DNA of 64,000 nucleotides from Candidatus Aldehydirespirator sp. (GTDB lineage Bacteria; Actinomycetota; Acidimicrobiia; Acidimicrobiales; Aldehydirespiratoraceae): NCBI GenBank assembly GCA_965261105.1, contig CBDHCM010000006.1, positions 4,521,839 to 4,585,838 of the forward strand, read 5' to 3'. Shown piece by piece: positions 36,041 to 44,257 of this stretch (position 1 is its first letter; each line of letters starts with the position of its first letter). The notes under the pieces were generated by a model. It saw only the letters and a program-made list of their open reading frames with translations, ran no database searches and was not told where the DNA came from. The position numbers and the translations under genes were made by a program.

Positions 36041-37066
36041 GTGACCCGCAAGCCCGACCCGTTCAGCGTCCCGTTCGGGACCATCTTGTGCGACTGGATG
36101 ACCACAGCGCGAGCCGATGGCGGTCCCTACCTCTACGGCGGATCGCCCGAGCCGTACGGGGACCTCACGATCAGCCCCGCCGCGCACGTGCTGCACTACG
36201 GCAGCGCAATCTTCGAGGGCCTCAAGGCCCACCGCCAGAACGACGGATCGCCGGCAATATTCCGCCTCGACAGCCACGTCGAGCGGATGGCCACCAGCGC
36301 GGCCCTGCTGCGACTGCCCCACATCGATCCGGACACGCTGCGCCAGATGATCATCGACGCGGTGGAGGCCAACTCCGATGAGGTCCCCGATTCACCGGGC
36401 TCGCTGTACATTCGCCCGACCCTGATCGGTACCGACCCCGACATCGGCGCCGCCGCCCGCCCGAGTCGCAGCGCGCTGCTATATGTGGTGAACAGCCCGG
36501 TCGGCGACTACTTCAAGGGCGGGGTGCGGCCGCTTACCCTGCTAGTGGAGACGTCGATCCCCCGCACCGTGCCGAAGTTCGGCATGGTCAAGGGCGGCGC
36601 GAACTACGCGATGGCATTGGGCGTCACGCTGGACTCGATGGCGGCGAACGAAGCAGTCGACCAGATACTGTTCGCCACCGGCGGCGACATCACCGAGACC
36701 GGCGCCGCGAACTTCTTTCTCGCTGATGACGAACGGGTGGTCACCCGGCGCCTGGACGAATCGTTCCTGCACGGTGTCACCCGGGCCTCGGTGATCGAAC
36801 TCGCCGAGCACCTGGGCTACGAGGTGCAGGAACGCATGATCGATCCCGACGAGCTGGTCGACTGGGCCGAGCGAGGCGAGGCCTTCCTGACGGGCACAGC
36901 TGCGGTGCTGGCGCCCGTGGGCACCATCCTCCACGGCAATAAGGCGCTCAGGGTCGGTGACGGCGAGCCGGGCCGCAACACGATGAGGCTTCGTCAAACG
37001 CTCTTGGACATCCAGGTGGGGGCGGCACCGGATCACTTCGGCTGGCGCACACCGGTACGCGGCTGA
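36041..37066 (+). CDS. ilvE: branched-chain amino acid aminotransferase
   Basis: HVLHYGSAIFEGLKAHR...LYIRPTLIGTDP...GGANYAMALG...TGTAAVLAPVG. SD gaagggag precedes GTG 36041. Confidence 0.88.
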   Translation: MTRKPDPFSVPFGTILCDWMTTARADGGPYLYGGSPEPYGDLTISPAAHVLHYGSAIFEGLKAHRQNDGSPAIFRLDSHVERMATSAALLRLPHIDPDTLRQMIIDAVEANSDEVPDSPGSLYIRPTLIGTDPDIGAAARPSRSALLYVVNSPVGDYFKGGVRPLTLLVETSIPRTVPKFGMVKGGANYAMALGVTLDSMAANEAVDQILFATGGDITETGAANFFLADDERVVTRRLDESFLHGVTRASVIELAEHLGYEVQERMIDPDELVDWAERGEAFLTGTAAVLAPVGTILHGNKALRVGDGEPGRNTMRLRQTLLDIQVGAAPDHFGWRTPVRG

Positions 37067-38352
37067 GCTGTCGTCGCGGTTGGCTCGGCCGGCGTAGTGG
37101 CGGGCAGGGGCAGTTCGATGGTGACGCGAGCTCCGCCGAGATGCTCGGAATCGCCCACGTCGATGGATCCGCGGTGGCGTTCGGCGATGGCGTGGCTCAG
37201 CGAGAGGCCGAGTCCGGAGCCGCCCGTTCGGCGCTGGCGGGACTCGTCGAGCCTGACGAACCGGTCCAACACCCGGACCCGATCCTCCGGCGGGATCCCG
37301 GGCCCATCATCCTCGACCATCACCGCCACTGCCGCAGCCGATTCCACCAGGGTGATGAGCACCCGCCGGTCCGCATGGGCCACGGCGTTTTCCACCAGGT
37401 TGAAGACGGCCCGCTCGATCTGCGATTCGACACCGACAATCGGCGATGCTGGGGCTCCGGCCAGGGTGACGGTGACGTCTGGTCCATTCACGCGCTCGAT
37501 GGCATGCTCGCAAGCCGCCCATAAGTCCACCGAATGGAGCAGCTCTTCTCGACGCTGCTCATCGAGCCGAGCCAGGTCCAGCAAGTCTGAGATCAGGGCC
37601 TGCATACGCTGGGCTTCGCCGCCGATCTTGGCCGACAGCTCCTGCAGCTTCTGCGGGTCGGAACTCACCTCGGCTACTTCCGCCGCGGCCAGCAGGGTGG
37701 ACAGCGGGGCCCGAAGTTCGTGGCTGGCATCGGCTGTGAACGCCCGCTGACGGTCCGACGCCGCCTGCAAACGGTCGAGCATCTCGTTCATCAGCGCGGC
37801 CAGCTCCGCGATCTCATCGCCGCTGTCGGGCTCAGGAACCCGCTCGTCGAGCGTGGAGCCGGAGATGGCGGCAACCCGGCCCGACATGGCCCGCACCGGA
37901 CGCAGCGCCTGCCCTACTGCGGCCCCAATGGCCAGCGCGAGTATCGCGCCCACCGCAGGCACAATGATCCACAGAGCCCGAGACGCGGCGTCCACACCGG
38001 CCCGGGTCTCAGCGATCGAGGCATCGGCGATCTGCCGCAGCCGGGCATCGCTGCTCGATTCGCTGTCCGGCACGGCCGGCGACGACCCCGATGACTCTGC
38101 GGATTCACTCCCCTCGATGTGCCCGCCGCTCTCCGACTGCTCGTTCCCTTCGCCTCGTGCTGATCCCTCGCCACTAGCCGTGTGCGACGCAGTCTCGAGT
38201 GCATCCTCCAGCGCTGCTCGGGCGTTGTTCTGCAGGTCGCGTTCCACCAGCGCGACGATGAGCACCGACGCAGCCGCCAACACGAGCACCGTCGCCAGCG
38301 ATGCCATCAGCGTCGTCCGAGACCTGACCGAACGAGGCCACCACCCGCTCAC
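37033..38352 (-). CDS. sensor histidine kinase
   Basis: Two TM segments, HAMP-like linker, H-box FTADASHELRAPLS, ATPase motifs NLVENAVAH...DDGPGIP...GGSGLGLS. Confidence 0.9.
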   Translation of the reverse strand: MSGWWPRSVRSRTTLMASLATVLVLAAASVLIVALVERDLQNNARAALEDALETASHTASGEGSARGEGNEQSESGGHIEGSESAESSGSSPAVPDSESSSDARLRQIADASIAETRAGVDAASRALWIIVPAVGAILALAIGAAVGQALRPVRAMSGRVAAISGSTLDERVPEPDSGDEIAELAALMNEMLDRLQAASDRQRAFTADASHELRAPLSTLLAAAEVAEVSSDPQKLQELSAKIGGEAQRMQALISDLLDLARLDEQRREELLHSVDLWAACEHAIERVNGPDVTVTLAGAPASPIVGVESQIERAVFNLVENAVAHADRRVLITLVESAAAVAVMVEDDGPGIPPEDRVRVLDRFVRLDESRQRRTGGSGLGLSLSHAIAERHRGSIDVGDSEHLGGARVTIELPLPATTPAEPTATTAQPRTGVRQPK

Positions 38353-39026
38353 GGCGTGTCCCCCACGATGCGATATCCCACGCCTCGCCGGCTGATGATC
38401 GTCTGCACTCCGAACGGCTCATCGATCTTGCGGCGCAGATACCGGATGTACACCTCCACCACATTCGAGTCGACCTCGGCGTCGAACCCCCACACCCGGT
38501 TGAAGATGTCCCGCTTGGCCACCGGCGCCCCGTCACCGCGCATCAACACCTCCAGCACATCCATCTCGCGGCGGCTCAAACCGATCTCGGTGGTACCTCT
38601 CTTCACCGAGGACGCCGCAACATCGAACACCAGGTCGCCTGCCCGCAACAGCACCGGTCGGGCTACCGCGGCGCGGCGGGCCAGCGCGCGGAGGCGGGCC
38701 AGCAACACCACGAATGAGAACGGCTTCGACAAGAAGTCGTCCGCGCCGGCGTCGAGCGAATCGGCCTCGTCCCACTCGCCGTCCTTTGCGGTGAGCATCA
38801 GGATCGGCGTCCAGTCCTCCTCTTGGCGAAGCGCCCGACAGATCCGGTAGCCGTTCATCCCCGGCACCATGATGTCCAGAACGATGACGTCGTAGCTGCC
38901 CTCCCGGGCCCGCCACAGACCCGCAGGGCCATCGTGCTCGACATCAGCGGTGACCCCATGCTCCGCGAGGCCGTCACTGATGACCTCGGCCAACTGCACC
39001 TCGTCCTCCACCAGCAGAATCCGCAT
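38349..39026 (-). CDS. OmpR/PhoB-family response regulator
   Basis: MRILLVEDE...DVIVLDIMVPGMNG...LMLTAK receiver domain plus a winged-helix C-terminus. Confidence 0.92.
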   Translation of the reverse strand: MRILLVEDEVQLAEVISDGLAEHGVTADVEHDGPAGLWRAREGSYDVIVLDIMVPGMNGYRICRALRQEEDWTPILMLTAKDGEWDEADSLDAGADDFLSKPFSFVVLLARLRALARRAAVARPVLLRAGDLVFDVAASSVKRGTTEIGLSRREMDVLEVLMRGDGAPVAKRDIFNRVWGFDAEVDSNVVEVYIRYLRRKIDEPFGVQTIISRRGVGYRIVGDTP

Positions 39027-39127
39027 CCCCGAATTATCCCTCTCCGTTCCTTAGACGAGGCTGAGAGGCACGCTGGTCTTCTCATGCTCGTTTAAGCACT
39101 GCGCTGTCACACTCAAGGCTCCTCAGA

Positions 39128-39193
39128 GCACCGACTCACTCACCAAGGAGACCAATCCATGCACCGACTCACTCACCAAGGAGACCAAACCAT
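39128..39193. repeat. 2 x 33-bp tandem repeat duplicating the SD + ATG of the lipoprotein gene
   Basis: gcaccgactcactcaccaaggagaccaa(t/a)ccat twice. Both copies carry aaggag and an in-frame ATG (39159 and 39192). Confidence 0.9.
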
Positions 39194-39704
39194 GCATCCA
39201 CTGCCTCACCTTGCACTCGCCGCCGCGGTCGGCCTCGCCCTGCTCTTGAGCAGTTGCGGCGACGGCCATGACTCCGAATCCGGCGAGCACGCCGGCTCGG
39301 AGTCCGACGGGGACGCCGGGGGCGAGGAATCGGGCTCAGAGTCCGAGGGCGACGCCGGGGGCGAGCATGCCGGCTCGGAGTCCGACGGGGAGGCCGGGGG
39401 CGAGGAATCGGGCATTCTTCTCGCCAAGAGCGACATCTACAACCATACTCGGGCCGGGGCGCGGCTGATCCTGTCCTATGACGCCGACGCCGATGCGTTC
39501 GTCGGAACCGTGGAGAACACGACCACCGAAACGCTGAGTCAGACCCGGATCGAGGTTCACCTCTCCAGCGGCGTCGAGCTCGGCCCCACCACGCCGGAAG
39601 ACCTCCCACCGGGCGGCGTCGCTGAGATCACCCTCTCTGCCGACGGCGAGGAATTCGAGACTTGGAACGCCCACCCGGAAGTAGGACGGGACGAGCACGG
39701 GTAA
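39192..39704 (+). CDS. lipoprotein with acidic Gly/Ser/Glu/Asp repeats
   Basis: MHPLPHLALAAAVGLALLLSSCGDG lipobox, then repeated GEHAGSESDG(D/E)AGGEESG units and a C-terminal beta-rich domain. Confidence 0.65.
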   Translation: MHPLPHLALAAAVGLALLLSSCGDGHDSESGEHAGSESDGDAGGEESGSESEGDAGGEHAGSESDGEAGGEESGILLAKSDIYNHTRAGARLILSYDADADAFVGTVENTTTETLSQTRIEVHLSSGVELGPTTPEDLPPGGVAEITLSADGEEFETWNAHPEVGRDEHG

Positions 39705-39960
39705 GCGGCAGGTCCCCTCGATCACCATGATGACCGAGACCATCGAGTTGTTCGCCCAGCAACCTACGAACCCTTGAACTGCCACAGAACCCCGGCCAAC
39801 ACCAGGATCTGAGCCGAACGAGCAGCCGCCCCGAAGTAGAACGGGTTGGCTTGCGCCGCAGTGAGGTGCACGATCACCGGCAACGACGCGAAGCACACCG
39901 CGGCTCCGGCCAGCGAGGCTGTGAGCCAGCCCCGGGACGCACCGGATCTGGCGTCGAGAC

Positions 39961-41637
39961 CTAGTCGAGCCACTCCTCCCGAGAGATACCGGCCTGCTTC
40001 AACACGTTGTCGAGTAGGTCAACTCCGATGTCGCCGCGGTGAGGGTTGGGGATGCGGACCTTCTGTTTGCCCTTGTGCATGAACTCGTGCTTGGTCCGCC
40101 GTGCCTTCTCGGCGATGAGATGATCGAAGGCTTGGTCTCGTGCCCATCTCAGTTTCACCAGTTCCTCAACCGAGCCGACTGCCCATTCTCCTCTATCCTC
40201 GATTTCTGATCGTAGCTCTTGAAGCGAAATACTGCGGTTGCCCTTCAAGCTATTGTGACTCGGGCATAGAGGGGCGCGGTTATCTATCTCATTTCGACCT
40301 TCCTTAGACCGAGGTTCAATATAGTTCAACTCAAAGTGTCGGGTTGTTTGTTCAATAACTAGCGTTCCATCAGGACCGATCTTCCAATTGGCGAACCCGC
40401 AGCACCATGCTCGCCAATTGGAAAGCTTAAGCAGGTATTGGAGCATCTCTTCGCGAGAAAAGATGCTCGCAGGGGTCTTGTATGTAGGCTCCGGCAGCGG
40501 CTCCACTGCCACGACATCTTCGTCTGGGGAAGTTCGCGTAGGAAGTTCGTTGGGGCCACAAATCGTCACATCAGCTCGTGCCAATGTTATGCCTTCATTA
40601 GCGAGGACGCCTTCCGGCGCTTGACCATCCACTGCGTATCCGAACTTCTCGAACTGGCGGCGTAGGACTGTCATAGCGCGCGGTGAGATATCGCAGGCTA
40701 TCCAGTCGCGGCTCAGCCTTTCTGCTGCAACCGGGACATATGCACAGCCCGCAAAGGGGTCAAGCACAAGATCACCAGCAGCGCTGGACGCTCCGATTAT
40801 AAGTTCCGCAAGGGCGACTGGCTTCTGAGTCGGATAACCTGTGCGCTCCTTCGCTTGATTATTCAAGGAGGGAATGCTCCACACGTCAGTCATGCCCTTC
40901 TGTTGCCCTTTCATCCTTTGTGATGTGGCAGGCTGTGTAGGCTTCGTGAAGGTGAACAAGTCGGACTTCGTATAGAACAACAGCGTGTCGTGTTTACGTG
41001 ACCACCGCTTGGGCGATGATCCGCCCAATCCGTAAGTCCATACGATCTCGTTCTGGAAGTGCGTCTCACCGAAGATGGCATCAAGCAGCATTCGCAGGTA
41101 GCTGTTGGCTGTGTGGTCACAGTGCAAATACATCGACCCAGCTGGCTTCAAGACACGGTGACATTCGATCAACCTGACAGCCATATATGCAAGGTATGCT
41201 GCGGTTCCTTCGGAGTGCGTACGCCGTGTTGTTTGTATAACGTTGTTCACTCCAGGATGCTCGTCCTTGATGTCATTCATCCATTCTTCGTGAACGTCAG
41301 CTTCCCATGACCATATATCTTTAAATTTGGCGGTCTTCTCGCCTGTTGGCCATACGACGTTTGCTTGTTCTGCTTGGATAGCATCCCTGATGCCCCATGC
41401 CGCTAGAGTCTCTGACTCTCTCTGTATCTCGTCGTTTGTTAGTGACGGCTTCAGACTTCCGACGAATGTGTCGTTCTTCGCGAAGGGTGGGTCTGTGCAG
41501 ATGAGGTCAATGCATTCCGTGTCCAAAGCCTTCAGGAGTTGGTAGTTGTCCACAATGAATAGATGCCTGTTGAGCGAATGAGAGTTTGGCATGACAATTA
41601 GATCGCCGGTCATGGCGGAGCCTTCCTCTGGAATCAT
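39961..41637 (-). CDS. DNA methyltransferase (beta-class N6/N4) fused to a degenerate HNH-like domain and a HicA-like tail (paralogue A)
   Basis: LICTDPPFAKN ... TGYPTQKP ... LVLDPFAGCAYV. C-terminal WRAWCCGFANW...FELNYIEPRSKEGRNEIDNRAPLCPSHNSLKGN. Last 44 aa TKHEFMHKGKQKVRIPNPHRGDIGVDLLDNVLKQAGISREEWLD. Start may be ATG 41613. Confidence 0.8.
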   Translation of the reverse strand: MIPEEGSAMTGDLIVMPNSHSLNRHLFIVDNYQLLKALDTECIDLICTDPPFAKNDTFVGSLKPSLTNDEIQRESETLAAWGIRDAIQAEQANVVWPTGEKTAKFKDIWSWEADVHEEWMNDIKDEHPGVNNVIQTTRRTHSEGTAAYLAYMAVRLIECHRVLKPAGSMYLHCDHTANSYLRMLLDAIFGETHFQNEIVWTYGLGGSSPKRWSRKHDTLLFYTKSDLFTFTKPTQPATSQRMKGQQKGMTDVWSIPSLNNQAKERTGYPTQKPVALAELIIGASSAAGDLVLDPFAGCAYVPVAAERLSRDWIACDISPRAMTVLRRQFEKFGYAVDGQAPEGVLANEGITLARADVTICGPNELPTRTSPDEDVVAVEPLPEPTYKTPASIFSREEMLQYLLKLSNWRAWCCGFANWKIGPDGTLVIEQTTRHFELNYIEPRSKEGRNEIDNRAPLCPSHNSLKGNRSISLQELRSEIEDRGEWAVGSVEELVKLRWARDQAFDHLIAEKARRTKHEFMHKGKQKVRIPNPHRGDIGVDLLDNVLKQAGISREEWLD

Positions 41638-41709
41638 GACCTACTTCTACAACCTAGCACTGGCCTGTGACAGGGGTAATCGAAGATCATGATTCTGACA
41701 CGTCTGTAG

Positions 41710-43311
41710 CTAGCCGATACCGGGCAGCGTAGGTCCAAACCGTCGGTACTTCTCCGCAAAGAGGTGATCAATAGCCTTATCTCGCGCCCAGGCTAGGTCT
41801 ACGAGGTCGTCCACAGATGGCACAAGAAGTTCATCGCGCTTCGAAATCTCTGTCCGAAGGTCCTCCAACATGATTCTGCGGTCACTCTTCATACTGTTGT
41901 GATACGGGCATAGCGGAGCACGATTGGCTATCTCGTGTCTTCCATCTTTGGACTTCGGATCGATATGATCAAGCTCAAAGTTTCTGGTCGTGTGCTCAAT
42001 CTCAGGTTGGCCGTATCGCCCCACTCTCCAGTTGGCAAAGCCGCAGCACCAGGCACGCCATTCCGACAGTCCAAGCAGGTACTCGAACATGTCCTCGCGG
42101 GTAAAGATACTCGCGTGAGACTTGTACTTCCGTTGGGGCAACGGCTTGACCGACGCTACGTCATCCTCGATTGTCGTCCTAACCGGAAGTTGATTGGGGC
42201 CGCCGATCGCAACATCAGCTACACTCAACATTTCACCCTCTGATATTTCTCCGTCCACAGAGTAGGCAAACTTCTTGAACTGTCTGCGTAGCACTGTCAA
42301 GGCTCGGGGCGAGATGTCACAGGCCATCCACTGACGTGAGAGACGTTCTGCGGCGACGGGGACATACGCGCATCCGGCAAATGGGTCGAATACTACATCC
42401 CGCGGGTTACTAGATGCCTGCAAGATGCGTTCTGCCAGTGCTACCGGCTTTTGAGTAGGATAACCGGTTCGCTCGGTTGCCCAGGGCATGACACCATGAT
42501 GCTGCCACACATCATCGGCAATCTTGCCCTTTGAGTAGTTACGCTCAGAGCCATCTGCGCGCTTTTGGCCCCGGTTCCACTTATGAGGAACACGGACTGC
42601 ATCAGCGTTGAACGTCCATGAGTCTCCCTTGCTATAGAACAGAATGGTGTCGTGCTTCCTTCCCCAGCGGCGTTTAGATGCTCCGCCTCCGCCGTAGTAC
42701 CAGATGAACTCGTTCTGGAAGTTGCTCGGATCGAAGATGGCATCAAGGAGCATTCTGAGGTAGCTATTCGCGGTGTGATCACAGTGCAGATATAGCGACC
42801 CGGTTGGTTTCAGAACTCGATGGCACTCGATCAGCCTTACGGCCATATATGCCACGTAGGCCGCCATGCCTTCTGAATGTGTGTGGCGGGTCGTCTCTAT
42901 GATGTTTAAGACTCGGGGGCGCTGGTCTTTGATGTCGTTCATCCACTGCTCATGGACATCGGATTCCCATGACCAGACATCCTTGAACTTCGCTGTTGAC
43001 TCTCCCGTCGGCCATACGACGTGAGATTGTTCAGCTTCGGCGGGGTTGTGGATGCCCCATGACCTGAGCGTCTCTAGCTCCTTCTGTATCTCCTCCTCAG
43101 CGAGAGACGGCTTCAGGCCACCTACGAACGTCTCGTTTTTGGCAAAGGGCGGGTCGGTGCAAATCAAAGCAACGCTAGCGGTGTCCATGGACTTTAGCAG
43201 TTGGTAGTTGTCAACGATGAACAGATGACGGTTGAGCAAATACGACTCGTGGTGCGCGGCTTGATTGGCGGTCACGGTGAGCGTCCTTGTCGAAGAGAGG
43301 AATGTGCTCAT
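41710..43311 (-). CDS. DNA methyltransferase (beta-class N6/N4) fused to an intact HNH nuclease motif (paralogue B)
   Basis: LICTDPPFAKN ... TGYPTQKP ... VVFDPFAGCAYV. C-terminal WRAWCCGFANW...FELDHIDPKSKDGRHEIANRAPLCPYHNSMKSDR. Confidence 0.8.
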   Translation of the reverse strand: MSTFLSSTRTLTVTANQAAHHESYLLNRHLFIVDNYQLLKSMDTASVALICTDPPFAKNETFVGGLKPSLAEEEIQKELETLRSWGIHNPAEAEQSHVVWPTGESTAKFKDVWSWESDVHEQWMNDIKDQRPRVLNIIETTRHTHSEGMAAYVAYMAVRLIECHRVLKPTGSLYLHCDHTANSYLRMLLDAIFDPSNFQNEFIWYYGGGGASKRRWGRKHDTILFYSKGDSWTFNADAVRVPHKWNRGQKRADGSERNYSKGKIADDVWQHHGVMPWATERTGYPTQKPVALAERILQASSNPRDVVFDPFAGCAYVPVAAERLSRQWMACDISPRALTVLRRQFKKFAYSVDGEISEGEMLSVADVAIGGPNQLPVRTTIEDDVASVKPLPQRKYKSHASIFTREDMFEYLLGLSEWRAWCCGFANWRVGRYGQPEIEHTTRNFELDHIDPKSKDGRHEIANRAPLCPYHNSMKSDRRIMLEDLRTEISKRDELLVPSVDDLVDLAWARDKAIDHLFAEKYRRFGPTLPGIG

Positions 43312-43567
43312 AAGTTAGCACGGCATTACGACAGGGCCGGGGAAGGCAGCGGATGATGCGTGAAGTCATGCCCCGTCTCCGTTGACTTCCCCGTTGTATC
43401 GACAAGGAGACCTTGGGGAGCCTCATCGAGCCCGCGACTCACAGCACTTCAGTCAGGCACTTCGAGCTAGAGCGGGAGAGCCTAGGAACAGGCCGGTCTG
43501 CGCGGCCTTGCCTGGCTCAGTCCCGTTCGGCGGCTGCGTCTAGGTGCTCGTTGCCCCATAGCCGTTT

Positions 43568-43927
43568 CTCTAGCCCTGATCGTTCACGAGTTTCGGCGTT
43601 GATGGTGTTCGCGTCCGCGGAAAAGCCCCTCTGGTGTGCGATGATGCGTGTTGTCGTGCACGTATCGGGCCCACAGGAGGCGGGCATCTGCGAGATGGGC
43701 TGTAGCAGCACTTGTGATGTGGGGGTGACCGCCGGCGGTGATCAGGTCGCGGCGCATGGGGGTTTGTTCGTTCTGGGGCGTTTCGCTGACGGTTTGGGGC
43801 TGGGGGCGGCTTTGTCGTCGGCGGTACCTCACGCCGGGGAGCGGGCCCCTCACCCCAACACCGAAATCATACGAAAACACACACACCCCGACCACTCACC
43901 AATTCTCGTGAACGATCAGGGCTAGAG
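43568..43927. mobile_element. 360-bp element bounded by perfect 23-bp inverted repeats (MITE-like)
   Basis: ctctagccctgatcgttcacgag at 43568-43590 and its exact reverse complement at 43905-43927. No credible ORF inside. Confidence 0.6.
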
Positions 43928-44140
43928 GCCTCCCGATCCGAAGCCGGAGGCCAAGCTGTAGGGGCCGTCAGCTTCGGCGCGTCCAAGAACGGCTCCTAGG
44001 TGACGGCACAACATCTTCAAGAGACCGAGAACGGTCTAACTACGCTGCTAACACGACCGGGAAGAACGAAAATACAGAAACGTACCGCTTTTGGGATAAA
44101 CGGCTACCAAGATGGGGCCTAAATGGATAAGACCCCCGGG

Positions 44141-44229
44141 CGGAGACGGTGGGATTCGAACCCACGAACGACTTGCATCGTTACTTCCTTAGCAGGGAAG
44201 CGCCTTCAACCGGACTCGGCCACGTCTCC
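44141..44229 (-). tRNA. tRNA-Ser (anticodon GCU)
   Basis: Hand-folded: GGAGACG acceptor, anticodon stem-loop CTTCC-CTGCTAA-GGAAG, long variable arm, T-arm GTGGGTTCGAATCCCAC. Confidence 0.9.
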
Positions 44230-44257
44230 GGAGGTTCTGAGCGTACCGGTGTGGCGG

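Noticed and set aside
39764-39973. 69-aa hydrophobic ORF (MARLGLDARSGASRGWLTASLAGAAVCFASLPVIVHL...) resembling the N-terminus of an EamA/DMT transporter, or a HicB partner for the HicA-like tail
   Set aside because: It is too short, with no HicB-like features. It could be a transporter gene fragment, but I cannot support it as a gene or pseudogene from sequence alone.
43930-44140. AT-richer non-coding stretch containing aactacgctgctaac, reminiscent of a tmRNA tag-coding end
   Set aside because: There is no tRNA-like acceptor/T-arm pairing in that orientation and no GGGG...CCA framing. The nearby T-arm belongs to the minus-strand tRNA-Ser. It is more likely an island junction or att remnant.
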